Positions 1-9,188 of a stretch of DNA of 64,000 nt are shown in pieces. How positions within the stretch are numbered: position 1 is the first letter of the stretch; the number at the start of each line of letters is the position of its first letter. Origin of the DNA: Candidatus Woesearchaeota archaeon. Lineage in GTDB: Archaea; Nanobdellota; Nanobdellia; Woesearchaeales; ARS49. The DNA is taken from contig JAHWHZ010000001.1 in NCBI GenBank assembly GCA_019322895.1, positions 459,528-523,527 of the forward strand. Direction: 5' to 3'. A model generated the notes under the pieces. That model was not told the DNA's origin. It saw only the letters and a program-made list of their open reading frames with translations, and made no database searches. The position numbers and the translations under genes are program-made.

Positions 1-95
1 TTGATAATAAATTTAATCTTAGTGGCTGTGCTCGTGGCGCTTTATTTCCTTTTTAAATAACAAGCTTTTTAAATGCGTTCTTTTTAAAATAGGAT

Positions 96-629
96 ATGGC
101 AAAAAAATTAGTTCAAGCAGAATTTGCAAAAGAAAGAGTAATTACAGAGAACTCAAATGAAGCTAGAGATTTGTATAATACTAATAGGTTTGGCTCTCTG
201 CTGGACTCTGGAAGGGTTCAGTTGTCTTTGCTTGAAGCCTTGTACTTGATTGAAAAAAAGCGCTTAGAGGTTCTTGACGGCAGGAACAAGCCTATTCCTT
301 CTGAGAAGTTCATGAAAAAAGCAGCTAAGATAGAGCCTAATTTCTGGACAAGGTACGTTGTTTTCAAGGATTTGAGGAGCAGGGGGTATATTGTGAAGAC
401 TGCTCTTAAATTTGGGGCTGACTTCAGGGTTTATGAGCGCGGAGTTAAGCCTGGGGAAGACCATGCCAAGTGGGTTGTGTTTCCTGTTCATGAGATAACC
501 GGCTTGACCTGGCACGAATTTGCTGCAAAAAACAGGGTCGCCCACAGCACAAAGAAACGCCTCATGATAGGTGTTGTTGATGACGAGGGCGACGTGAGCT
601 ACTGGGAAGTCAGGTGGCTTAGACCATAA
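96..629 (+). CDS. endA: tRNA-splicing (intron) endonuclease, short homotetrameric type
   Basis: 177 aa. The C-terminal catalytic region KFGADFRVYERG...HAKWVV is typical of archaeal EndA. ATG start at 96. Confidence 0.75.
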   Translation: MAKKLVQAEFAKERVITENSNEARDLYNTNRFGSLLDSGRVQLSLLEALYLIEKKRLEVLDGRNKPIPSEKFMKKAAKIEPNFWTRYVVFKDLRSRGYIVKTALKFGADFRVYERGVKPGEDHAKWVVFPVHEITGLTWHEFAAKNRVAHSTKKRLMIGVVDDEGDVSYWEVRWLRP

Positions 630-671
630 TTCTATAGCACCATAATCTATTTATACAACGCGTGCTTTTCT

Positions 672-1637
672 GTGATTATGGAATTCCAGGATAAAATTCT
701 TGCAATGGCCCATCACAAGCCTTTATTGCCTACAGAGGTTGGCAAGGCTTTGGGCAAGGATTCTTTGATTGCTTCTGCAATGCTCTCTGCAATGGTGGAA
801 AAAGGCCTGTTAAAGATATCTCATATAAAAGTCGGAAGCTCTCCATTATATTATGATCCAAAGCATGGCGAGCAGCTTCAGAATTATGTCTCTTACTTGA
901 ATGAAAAAGATAGGAGAATCTATGAAATTCTTAAAGAAAAAAAGATTTTAAGAGAGGCAGCTCTTGATCCCTTGTCAAGGGTGTGCGTGAAAAATCTCAA
1001 GGATTTTGCAAGGCCTTTAGAGGTTTCTTTTGGAGAAAAGAAAGAGATTTTTTGGAAATGGTATATGCTTCCTGATACAGAGGCAGCTCCTTTGATTAAG
1101 CAGCTGCTTAATTTGCAGCCAGAATCAGAGCCAGCTCCCCCGCCGCAGCCCTCTCCTGAGCCAGAGCCGCAGCCAGAATCAGAGCCAGCTCCTGAACCAA
1201 AACCAGAGCTTACTCCAGTTGAAAAACCAAAATCAAAATCCAAGCCAAAATCTAAAAAGAAAGAGACTCAAAAGAAGATTGTTGATAAAATAAAGGAAAT
1301 TATTAAAAAACCCAAGACAATTAAGGGTTCTGATGCGTTTTATAAGCATCTCAGCAAGTATTTTGACAAGAACAAGATACGCATTATTGAGAAACTTAAT
1401 CAGAAAAGAAAGTCTGAATTCGAGTTTATAATTGATATACAGACTGAAATAGGCGCATTGACATACTATTGTCATGCAAAAGACAAAAAAAGAGTTGGTG
1501 AGGCTGACTTAAGCAATGCTTTTGTGCAGGGCCAGTTGATGAAACTGCCTGTGCTTTTCCTGACTACAGGAAATCTTACAAAACAAGCAGAGAAAATGAC
1601 TGAAAAATTCAAGGGTGTTGCTGTCAGAAAGATATAA
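672..1637 (+). CDS. hypothetical DNA-binding-like protein: N-terminal winged-helix-like region, Pro/Glu/Ser-rich PEPEP linker with Lys-rich stretch, C-terminal possible PD-(D/E)xK-like fold
   Basis: 321-aa ORF with a GTG start at 672 (ATG at 678). The low-complexity linker is PESEPAPPPQPSPEPEPQPESEPAPEPKPE...KSKSKPKSKKKE. The C-terminus reads EFEFIIDIQTEIGALTYYCHAKDKK. No confident family match from the sequence alone. Confidence 0.4.
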   Translation: MIMEFQDKILAMAHHKPLLPTEVGKALGKDSLIASAMLSAMVEKGLLKISHIKVGSSPLYYDPKHGEQLQNYVSYLNEKDRRIYEILKEKKILREAALDPLSRVCVKNLKDFARPLEVSFGEKKEIFWKWYMLPDTEAAPLIKQLLNLQPESEPAPPPQPSPEPEPQPESEPAPEPKPELTPVEKPKSKSKPKSKKKETQKKIVDKIKEIIKKPKTIKGSDAFYKHLSKYFDKNKIRIIEKLNQKRKSEFEFIIDIQTEIGALTYYCHAKDKKRVGEADLSNAFVQGQLMKLPVLFLTTGNLTKQAEKMTEKFKGVAVRKI

Positions 1638-2665
1638 TGGGTGTTAATTTAAGGGATCTTTTGATTAAAGAAGTAATAAGTTTAGATGATTTAAAGGGGA
1701 GGATTGTTGCAGTTGACAGCTTTAACATGCTGTATCAGTTCCTTACAACCATACGAACTCCTGACGGCAAGCCTCTGACAGACAGCTCAGGCAATGTTAC
1801 TTCTCATTTGATCGGATTATTCAACAGAACTACTAAATTTATGGCTAAAGGCATCAAGCCTGCATTTGTTTTTGATGGTGAGAAGCCCGAGCTTAAGACA
1901 GCTGAATTAGAGAAGCGCAAGAAGCTCAAGATAGAGGCAAAGATGAAATACAGGGAAGCCTTATCTAAGGAAGATGTTGCAGCCATGCGAAAATACGGCG
2001 GAAGGTTTGCATATCTGACAAAAGACATGGTTGACCAGGCAAAAGACCTGATAAAGGCCCTTGGTTTGCCTGTTATCCAGGCTCCTTCTGAAGGAGAGGC
2101 TCAGGCAGCGCATATTGTCAAGCAGAATAAGGCATGGGCAGTTATAAGCCAGGATTTCGACAGCCTTGTTCATGGTGCAGACAAGCTTGTGAGAAATCTT
2201 TCTATTGCAGGAAGAAGGAAAAAGATTGGCGCAATGGCTTACCAGACCATAAAGCCAGAGATTATTGATTTGGCCAAGAACCTAAATAATCTAGGAATTG
2301 ACCAGGATAAGTTGATTGCCTTGTCAATGCTTGTCGGCACAGATTATAATCCCGCAGGAATAAAAGGCATTGGCCCCAAAACTGCTATTAAGTTAGTTAA
2401 GGAATATGATGATTTTGATAAGTTGTTTGAGCATGTCAAGTGGGATGAGCATTATGATCTTCCTTGGACAGATATTTTTTATTTATTCAAGAAGATGAAA
2501 GTTACAAATAAGTATGAAATAAAATTCAAGACTCCTGACAAGCAAAAAATAGTTAAATTATTAGTTGATAAGCATGATTTTAATGTTGAAAGGGTTGAAA
2601 AGACTCTTCAGCCCGTATTAAAAGAAAGAGCAAAAAAACAGCAAAAAAAGTTAGGTGATTTTTAA
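1637..2665 (+). CDS. fen: flap endonuclease 1 (FEN1)
   Basis: 342 aa with XPG N- and I-domain motifs (GEAEAQAA, helix-hairpin-helix GIKGIGPKTA). The C-terminal PIP-like box is QQKKLGDF. The ATG overlaps the upstream stop (TAATG). Confidence 0.85.
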   Translation: MGVNLRDLLIKEVISLDDLKGRIVAVDSFNMLYQFLTTIRTPDGKPLTDSSGNVTSHLIGLFNRTTKFMAKGIKPAFVFDGEKPELKTAELEKRKKLKIEAKMKYREALSKEDVAAMRKYGGRFAYLTKDMVDQAKDLIKALGLPVIQAPSEGEAQAAHIVKQNKAWAVISQDFDSLVHGADKLVRNLSIAGRRKKIGAMAYQTIKPEIIDLAKNLNNLGIDQDKLIALSMLVGTDYNPAGIKGIGPKTAIKLVKEYDDFDKLFEHVKWDEHYDLPWTDIFYLFKKMKVTNKYEIKFKTPDKQKIVKLLVDKHDFNVERVEKTLQPVLKERAKKQQKKLGDF

Positions 2666-2667
2666 TA

Positions 2668-3537
2668 ATGGAGTTATGGATACTGTTAGTATTGGTATCA
2701 GCAGTGTTAGGAGCGATAAGCCTTCTGTTCAAGAAAAAGGCATTGAAGAATGAGCATACTTCAGAATACTTGTCTTCTTTCAAGATATTAGAGCTTCTGA
2801 TTGTATTGCTGTTTGCTCCTTTTATTGTTTTTAAGATTCCCTTGACTGTTGCTGCATTCATATTTTTGATTTCATTGACAACTTCAGTTGCCTTGACATA
2901 TATCTCAAGATCCTACAGGCATGTTGATTTGTCTGTTGTCGCTCCATTAAGCAATCTTACTCCTTTATTTCTTGTGGTGCTTGCTTTTTTCTTGTTGGGC
3001 GAGCATGTAACATCAAAACACATGATAGGCATAGGCTTGCTTCTTTTTGGAACATATTACTTGGAGTCAGAGCACAGCGCAGGACACTGGCTCTCCCCGA
3101 TTATCACATTATTTCGAACAAGAAACATTGCATTCCTTTTGTTTGGTTTTTTCTTGTCGGCAATAATTGCAATAGGCGAGAAATTCCTCATAGGAATCAT
3201 ATCACCATTCACCCTTCTCTTTTATCATTACTGCTTCCAGACATTCTGTTTCCTGGCAATCACCCTGTTCTTTTACGGAGGATTCAAGGATATTGTCCAC
3301 AGCTATAAGACATCTTGGAAATGGCTGTTAGGCAATGCCTTTTTTGCCAATCTTTCTAACCTGACTTATTTTTTCGCTATTTCTATGACTTTTGTCAGCC
3401 TTGCTGCTCCAGTAAAAAAGATATCCACTTTATTTGCAGTGGTTTTAAGTGGCAAGTTTTTTAAGGAACAAAGGATATTCCACAAGGCATTGGCATGCGG
3501 TATCATGCTTGCAGGTGTTTTTGTTATCGCGATATAA
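2668..3537 (+). CDS. polytopic membrane protein, EamA/DMT-superfamily-like transporter
   Basis: 289 aa with about 10 predicted hydrophobic helices arranged as a duplicated 5-TM pattern. Confidence 0.45.
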   Translation: MELWILLVLVSAVLGAISLLFKKKALKNEHTSEYLSSFKILELLIVLLFAPFIVFKIPLTVAAFIFLISLTTSVALTYISRSYRHVDLSVVAPLSNLTPLFLVVLAFFLLGEHVTSKHMIGIGLLLFGTYYLESEHSAGHWLSPIITLFRTRNIAFLLFGFFLSAIIAIGEKFLIGIISPFTLLFYHYCFQTFCFLAITLFFYGGFKDIVHSYKTSWKWLLGNAFFANLSNLTYFFAISMTFVSLAAPVKKISTLFAVVLSGKFFKEQRIFHKALACGIMLAGVFVIAI

Positions 3538-3538
3538 A

Positions 3539-4366
3539 ATGGCATCTTTAAAACAAGCACTAAAGAAAAAATTGACAAAGAAAGAGCTGTCTGCAATGCA
3601 CTCCAGCTTTGATGTAGTTGGAAGCATAGCGATTATAGAGATTCCTGATGAACTAAAGAAAAAAGAGAAGATAATTGCCCAGACAATGATTGGTTTGTTC
3701 AAGCCTGTCAAGACAGTTGTCAAGAAAAGCGGCATTCATTATGGAAAATACAGGAGGCAGAAGTTAAAGGTTCTTGCAGGTGAAAAGAAAAAAGTTGCTG
3801 AATACAAGGAATCTGGTGTTCAGATGAAAGTTGACTTGGAAAAATGTTATTTCAGTTCAAGATTAGGCACAGAAAGACTGCGGATCGCAAAGCAAGTCAA
3901 GCCAAAAGAAAAGATTTTAGTGATGTTTTCAGGCGTTGCTCCTTATCCTTTGGTTTTAGCAAGGAATTCAAAGCCAGAAATCATCTGCGGCATTGAACTT
4001 AATCCAGTTGCGCACAAATTTGCTGAGGAGAATGTCAAGCTTAACAAGATGCAGGATAAGATAAAGCTGTACAAGGGCGATGTTGTCAAGGTTGTTCCTA
4101 AGCTAAAGAAGAAGTTTGACAGGATTCTTATGCCAATGCCAAAGACATCAATTACATTTCTGGAAACTGCTTTCAAGGCAGCGAAAAGAGGCGCAATCAT
4201 TCATTTCTATACTTTTGGAAGGGAGAAAGAGTTCAAGGAAATAAGGGACAAGATTAAAGCAGAGTGCAAGAAACACAAAAAGAAGTGCAGGATTCTTAGA
4301 ACAGTAAAGGCAGGCCATTATGCCCCAGGCGTTTATAGGGTGTGTGTGGATTTCAAATTGCAATGA
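3539..4366 (+). CDS. Trm5/Taw2 (Met-10+) family tRNA methyltransferase
   Basis: SAM-binding motif MFSGVAPYPL and an NLPK-like motif LMPMPK. The start is set at ATG 3539, immediately after the upstream stop. The tracker's 3449 start would overlap the previous gene by 89 nt. Confidence 0.6.
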   Translation: MASLKQALKKKLTKKELSAMHSSFDVVGSIAIIEIPDELKKKEKIIAQTMIGLFKPVKTVVKKSGIHYGKYRRQKLKVLAGEKKKVAEYKESGVQMKVDLEKCYFSSRLGTERLRIAKQVKPKEKILVMFSGVAPYPLVLARNSKPEIICGIELNPVAHKFAEENVKLNKMQDKIKLYKGDVVKVVPKLKKKFDRILMPMPKTSITFLETAFKAAKRGAIIHFYTFGREKEFKEIRDKIKAECKKHKKKCRILRTVKAGHYAPGVYRVCVDFKLQ

Positions 4367-4581
4367 CGCGCTTTGTCTGCTTCTTTAATTGCTTGTTTCT
4401 CAGATTTATCAGATACTGTTCAGCAACTGAAGACTCCGCCAGGCGTCATTGATATTTCCGATTACTTTAAATACTCTTATTCTATACAATATTCCAGTGC
4501 AAAGCGCAATGACGAGGTGAATCCCAATCGAGGCCTAGAAATAGGTCAGTGAGATATTTTGGAAGACCGAGCGCGCACAAA

Positions 4582-5769
4582 TTATCCAAACATTTCTTTG
4601 TATTCTATGTCTTCTTTTTCAGCAACTTTCTCAATTGCGTGATAGAAATCTTCTTCTTTTACCTTGGTCCTGTTCTCGCGGATTGCAAAATATCCTGCTT
4701 CTGTTACCGCTGCTTTTATCTGCGCTCCGCTGAAGCCATTCATTGCTTTTGCGATTTTGTCTGCATCAATCTTGCAAAGGCTCATTGTAGAAGCATGTAT
4801 CTTGAATATTTCTTTTATTGCCTCTTCTGATGGCAATGGGACTTCTGTTAGCCTGTCCAGTCTTCCTGGCCTTGTTATTGCAGGGTCAAGGATGTCAATC
4901 CTGTTTGTGCACCCGATTATTTTTACATTGTCCAGCGGCTTGAAGCCGTCTATCTCAGCAAGAAGCTGCATGAATGTCCTTTGCACCTCTCTTTCGCCAG
5001 AGGTTCCGACATCCATTCTTGTTGCTGCTATTGCATCTAGTTCGTCTATGAATATGATTGACGGTGCTTTTTCTCTAGCCAGTTCAAATATTTCTTTCAC
5101 TAGCTTTGCTCCTTCGCCGATAAATTTCTGGACCAATTCTGAGCCGACAACTTCAATGAATGTTGAGTTTGTTGAGGCAGCCACTGCTTTTGCCAGCAAT
5201 GTCTTTCCTGTTCCAGGGTGGCCGTGCAATAGAATTCCTTTTGGCGGGTTTATTCCTACCTTTGTGAATAGTTTTGGTTTTAATAAAGGAAGCTCTATCA
5301 CTTCTTTTATTTCCTGCTCTTGGTCTCTAAGCCCACCTATGTCTGTCCATTGTGTGTTGGGCTTTTCAATTATGACAAATTTTTCAACATCAAATCTTTT
5401 TGTTTTAGATATTTTCTTCACTACCGTAAGATTTTTTTGTTCTGCAAGAACAGTATCTCCTGAAAGTACTTTTTCGCAGTCGTCTGCTATGTCAACAAGA
5501 AATTCATTTCCGTTAGGAAGCCTTACAAGAACCTTATCTTCAATCATTTCTTTTACTTCGCAAGAAATCAAGGGCGTTTTCCTGTATTTGCTCAATTCCT
5601 GCTCAAGGCTTGATACTGTTTCTTTTAAGACCCTATTTTCTTCCTCTAGATAATCGTGCTCTGTCGAATAGCCGTATACTATTTTTTTGACTTCATCATC
5701 TTTGCTTGTCATGGCGTTTTCTAGAGGTGGAAGCTTTATAAACTTTATGGTAAATTTTCCTCGCAACAT
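4582..5769 (-). CDS. pan: proteasome-activating nucleotidase (AAA+ ATPase)
   Basis: 395 aa with an N-terminal coiled coil, Walker A GHPGTGKTLLAKAVA, Walker B IIFIDELD and an AAA second region of homology. Confidence 0.85.
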   Translation of the reverse strand: MLRGKFTIKFIKLPPLENAMTSKDDEVKKIVYGYSTEHDYLEEENRVLKETVSSLEQELSKYRKTPLISCEVKEMIEDKVLVRLPNGNEFLVDIADDCEKVLSGDTVLAEQKNLTVVKKISKTKRFDVEKFVIIEKPNTQWTDIGGLRDQEQEIKEVIELPLLKPKLFTKVGINPPKGILLHGHPGTGKTLLAKAVAASTNSTFIEVVGSELVQKFIGEGAKLVKEIFELAREKAPSIIFIDELDAIAATRMDVGTSGEREVQRTFMQLLAEIDGFKPLDNVKIIGCTNRIDILDPAITRPGRLDRLTEVPLPSEEAIKEIFKIHASTMSLCKIDADKIAKAMNGFSGAQIKAAVTEAGYFAIRENRTKVKEEDFYHAIEKVAEKEDIEYKEMFG

Positions 5770-5799
5770 TTATATATCATTATTCAAAAATTATTTACA

Positions 5800-6867
5800 A
5801 TGACCACTGTGCGCATTAAAAAAGCTGCTAAAGTCCTGGTTGACTATTGCACCAAAGTGAAGGAAGGGGAAAGGGTTGTCATAACAGCTCCGCCTGTTGC
5901 TCAGCCGCTGGTTCTTGAGATTTATAAGATGTGTCTGCAAAGAGGAGCACACCCTGTAATAAGGACTCCTTTGCCAGGTGCTGCTTATTTGTTTTACAAA
6001 TATGCAAAAGGCCAGCAGCTCACGCGTTTTCCTAAGACTGCAATGTATGAGATGAAAAACACAGATGCTTATATCGCAATAAGAGCGCCTAGAAACACAA
6101 GCGAGTTTGCAAGTATTGATCCTAAGAAGATTGCAGAGCGAGCAAAGATTCTGAGGCCTATATCAAAATATCGTTTGCAGAATGTCAAATGGGTTGCTTT
6201 TGATTATCCTACGCCTGCTTATGCCCAGAATGCGGGCATGTCTTTGCATGATTATGAGGGTTTTGCTTTTAATGCAATAAACCTTAACTGGAAAAACCTG
6301 AACACGCGCCTGCAAAAGATTGCAGATAAAGTGAACCAGGCAAAAGAGGTTCATATCGTAGGCTCTGGGACTGATTTGTCTTTTACTGTAAAGACGACTA
6401 ACTGTGTTTTAGGAAACGGCACTAATAATATGCCCGGTGGCGAGGTTTTTACTGCTCCTGACAAATATTCTGTTAATGGATACATAACTTTCAATTATCC
6501 TGCTATCTACAGGAGCAATGAAGTCCGGGGAGTCTATCTGGAATTCAAGAAAGGCAAGGTTGTGAAAGAAGAAGCGCAGTCTGGCCTTGATTTCTTGAAG
6601 GCAATGCTTGACCTTGATGCTGGCTCTAGATATGTGGGCGAGTGGGGCATAGGCTGTAATTATAATATAAAGCAGTTTACAAAGAACACATTGTTTGATG
6701 AGAAGATTGGCGGAACAATCCATCTTGCCCTTGGGCACGGCTATAAAGAGTGCAATGCAAAAAACAGGTCTGCCTTGCATTGGGATTTAGTAAAGGACTT
6801 AAGAAGAAATGGAGCGATTTATCTGGACGGCAAATTGTTCCAGAAGAATGGAAGGTTCAGGCTTTAG
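5800..6867 (+). CDS. M29-family aminopeptidase (AmpS/PepS-like)
   Basis: 355 aa. The motifs NMPGGEVFTAPD and GTIHLALGHGY match the thermophilic-metalloprotease (M29) family. Confidence 0.6.
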   Translation: MTTVRIKKAAKVLVDYCTKVKEGERVVITAPPVAQPLVLEIYKMCLQRGAHPVIRTPLPGAAYLFYKYAKGQQLTRFPKTAMYEMKNTDAYIAIRAPRNTSEFASIDPKKIAERAKILRPISKYRLQNVKWVAFDYPTPAYAQNAGMSLHDYEGFAFNAINLNWKNLNTRLQKIADKVNQAKEVHIVGSGTDLSFTVKTTNCVLGNGTNNMPGGEVFTAPDKYSVNGYITFNYPAIYRSNEVRGVYLEFKKGKVVKEEAQSGLDFLKAMLDLDAGSRYVGEWGIGCNYNIKQFTKNTLFDEKIGGTIHLALGHGYKECNAKNRSALHWDLVKDLRRNGAIYLDGKLFQKNGRFRL

Positions 6868-7880
6868 TATGCTTCTTTTGCCAGTTTTTCAATCTCTTTT
6901 TTCTCTTTTCTGAAAGGCTCCAGCAGATTATTTATCTCTTTTGCAAGGGCGTTCTTCAGGTCAAGAGGATGGAGTTCTTTTGCAGCATATGCTTTTTCTA
7001 TCTCTTCATATGTCTTGAATTCTTTGTTGCCTCCGAATTTTTCAGGCCTCTCTACCACAAATGATTCTTTTTTGTCTTTTTTGATTACCATTATTACATA
7101 TTTCAGGAATGCAAGCACTCCATTGTCTTCTATAACGCCAGGTTCGCAATATGCGCTTTTTAGCTTGTCCATCACTGTTTTTTCATCGTCTGCAAGGCCT
7201 ATCTTGCTTCTTGGATCAGAGGCGCTCATCTTCTTGCCTATCAATCCAGGAATCATGGGTGTCATTACTTCTATTCGTGCCTTGTATCCTATCTTTGGAA
7301 GGAATTCGCGTGCAAACATGAGTATCTTTCTCTGGTCTACTCCGCCGTATTGTATGTCTACTTTCAGGTATTCTTCATCCAGTGCCTGCATTATTGGATA
7401 AATAAGGCCGCAAAGCTTTGGATTCTCGCCGAATTTTACAACTTCTGCCGCAGCCCTCTTGCAGTCATTTATGCTTGCCTCTGTTGACATCTTGAGCATG
7501 TCAAAGTAAAAATCTTTTTTCATCTGAAAGTCAGAGCCTTTCACTATCTCAAAATCTTTTATGTCTGCGCCTATTGCCTTGAACATCAAAGGCATCACTT
7601 TTGCGTAATATTTGTATCTTTTTTCCAGCACATCCCACGGCGTACCGTCTAATGCGCCGTGCAAATTTGCTAATAGCAGCTTTACCTTGAATCCTGCTCT
7701 CAAAAAGTCTGCAAGCTTGATTACAGGAAGAAAATATCCTATGTGAGGTTTTCCTGTGACTGCAGTTCCCAGATATACAGCAGGCTTTTTCTTTTTCTTC
7801 AGAAGTTCTTTTAGTTCTTTCTCTGTGACAATCTCTTGCGTGTTTCTTTTGATTAATTCAAGTTTCTCTTCTGCATTCAT
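6864..7880 (-). CDS. tyrS: tyrosyl-tRNA synthetase, archaeal type
   Basis: 338 aa with a class I HIGH-type motif (PHIGY), KMSAS (KMSKS) and strong similarity in layout to archaeal TyrRS (IKRNT...ELKELL N-terminus). Confidence 0.85.
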   Translation of the reverse strand: MNAEEKLELIKRNTQEIVTEKELKELLKKKKKPAVYLGTAVTGKPHIGYFLPVIKLADFLRAGFKVKLLLANLHGALDGTPWDVLEKRYKYYAKVMPLMFKAIGADIKDFEIVKGSDFQMKKDFYFDMLKMSTEASINDCKRAAAEVVKFGENPKLCGLIYPIMQALDEEYLKVDIQYGGVDQRKILMFAREFLPKIGYKARIEVMTPMIPGLIGKKMSASDPRSKIGLADDEKTVMDKLKSAYCEPGVIEDNGVLAFLKYVIMVIKKDKKESFVVERPEKFGGNKEFKTYEEIEKAYAAKELHPLDLKNALAKEINNLLEPFRKEKKEIEKLAKEAY

Positions 7881-7949
7881 ACTTATTGGCTTCTTTGTTT
7901 TAGTATAAAAAGGTTTCTGAGAAAATATATAAACTCACAGGGATTATGT

Positions 7950-8801
7950 TTGCTTATGCTTGCTGTAACATCTTTGACTGCATATCTATTCTGTTCTAGA
8001 AAGCTTTTTCTTGAAAAAGTGATGGGATATTCTGAGATTCCAAAAGCTCTGCTTGTAAAAGGGGCAATAAAGCACAAGGTATTTGAAGAGATGGAGAAAT
8101 ATGAGGCAGATATTGTTTCTTCTTTTCAAAAAGGCGTCACAAAAGAGCAGATTCTTGAGAAATACACTTCTATTTATTCTGAGGTTCTTCGCAGGGCAAT
8201 TTTGAACAGCAGGAAGCAGCTGGCACTGGCAAAACTTCTTCCTGTCGCAGCATTCAAGCAGTTTCATCCTTTATTTATTAAAGAAGCTGAGGCAAGAACA
8301 GAGAGTATCTTTAACTTCATCAAGGAAAAAAATATTTATGGCTTGGAATTGTGGGAGACTCTCATCCCAAAAATAAAGTCAGAATACAAGATTTCTGCAG
8401 AAGAATTAGGCATATCAGGAAAGATTGATCAGGTATTGGTTTATCAGGACGGCGTGGTCCCTATTGAGCTAAAGACTGGAAAAGCCCCGAAAGAAGGCGC
8501 CTGGGAAAACCACAAGATCCAGCTTGCTGCTTATGCATTGCTGCTTGAAGACAGGTTTAACGTGCCGATTACGTCTGGCTACGTTAAATATATTGATGAG
8601 AATATTTCCAGGAGAATTGATATAAATCCTTTTCTTAAAGATCAGGTAAAGGATTTAATCAAGAAAGTCAGGGAGCTGCTTGATTCAAAAAAACTGCCTA
8701 AAAAATGCACTAACACAAATAAATGCGAAAAGTGTGGTCTGAAAAAGATATGTTACAGTGATGATATCGCCGAAAAAGCGCAACATTTAAATAATAAATG
8801 A
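7950..8801 (+). CDS. Cas4-like PD-(D/E)xK nuclease with Fe-S cysteine cluster (DUF83 family), stand-alone
   Basis: N-terminal YLFCSRKLF (Cas4/RecB-like YxxCxRK motif), a central ELKTGK/QLAAY nuclease core and C-terminal CTNTNKCEKCGLKKIC. TTG start at 7950 (ATG at 7956). No CRISPR array or cas genes in the window. Confidence 0.6.
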   Translation: MLMLAVTSLTAYLFCSRKLFLEKVMGYSEIPKALLVKGAIKHKVFEEMEKYEADIVSSFQKGVTKEQILEKYTSIYSEVLRRAILNSRKQLALAKLLPVAAFKQFHPLFIKEAEARTESIFNFIKEKNIYGLELWETLIPKIKSEYKISAEELGISGKIDQVLVYQDGVVPIELKTGKAPKEGAWENHKIQLAAYALLLEDRFNVPITSGYVKYIDENISRRIDINPFLKDQVKDLIKKVRELLDSKKLPKKCTNTNKCEKCGLKKICYSDDIAEKAQHLNNK

Positions 8802-8845
8802 CCTATTCAAAACTCATAAAAAGAAAAGTTTGAGGGTGAAAAAAC

Positions 8846-9109
8846 ATGGCTGAAAATGATAAGCAATTCTCAAAGAAACTGATTGGCAAAACAGTAGTTA
8901 GCAAGGCAGGAAAGCGTTTTGGAGAAGTGGGGGACATAATTTTTGAGACCAAATCTGGTGAATTAATCAATCTCGTATTGAAAAGCCCTACAAGCTATAC
9001 TGAAAAGCTGGAACTGGAAAAAAACAAGGAAGGAAAGCTATTGATACCTTTTTCTGCAGTGATTGCCATGGGCGATTTCATGGTCATTTCTGAAGAAGAC
9101 ATCATTTAA
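8846..9109 (+). CDS. PRC-barrel domain protein
   Basis: 87-aa small archaeal PRC-barrel pattern (LIGKTVVSKAGKRFGEVGDIIFE). SD-like GAGGGTGA lies 6 nt upstream. Confidence 0.55.
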   Translation: MAENDKQFSKKLIGKTVVSKAGKRFGEVGDIIFETKSGELINLVLKSPTSYTEKLELEKNKEGKLLIPFSAVIAMGDFMVISEEDII

Positions 9110-9188
9110 ACCTTAGTTTTGCCTTTTTATTCGCAAACCAAAACTATTTAAATCAGTCTATGCTAGCTTATTTTCATAGGGGGAAATC

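Noticed and set aside
920-1243. Gly/Ser-rich 107-aa minus-strand ORF
   Set aside because: Reverse complement of the PEPEP-encoding repeat of the 672-1637 gene. Not independent.
4664-5653. 329-aa plus-strand ORF
   Set aside because: It lies entirely antisense within the well-supported pan gene. Its Ser/Thr/Phe-rich composition is typical of a mirror-frame artefact.
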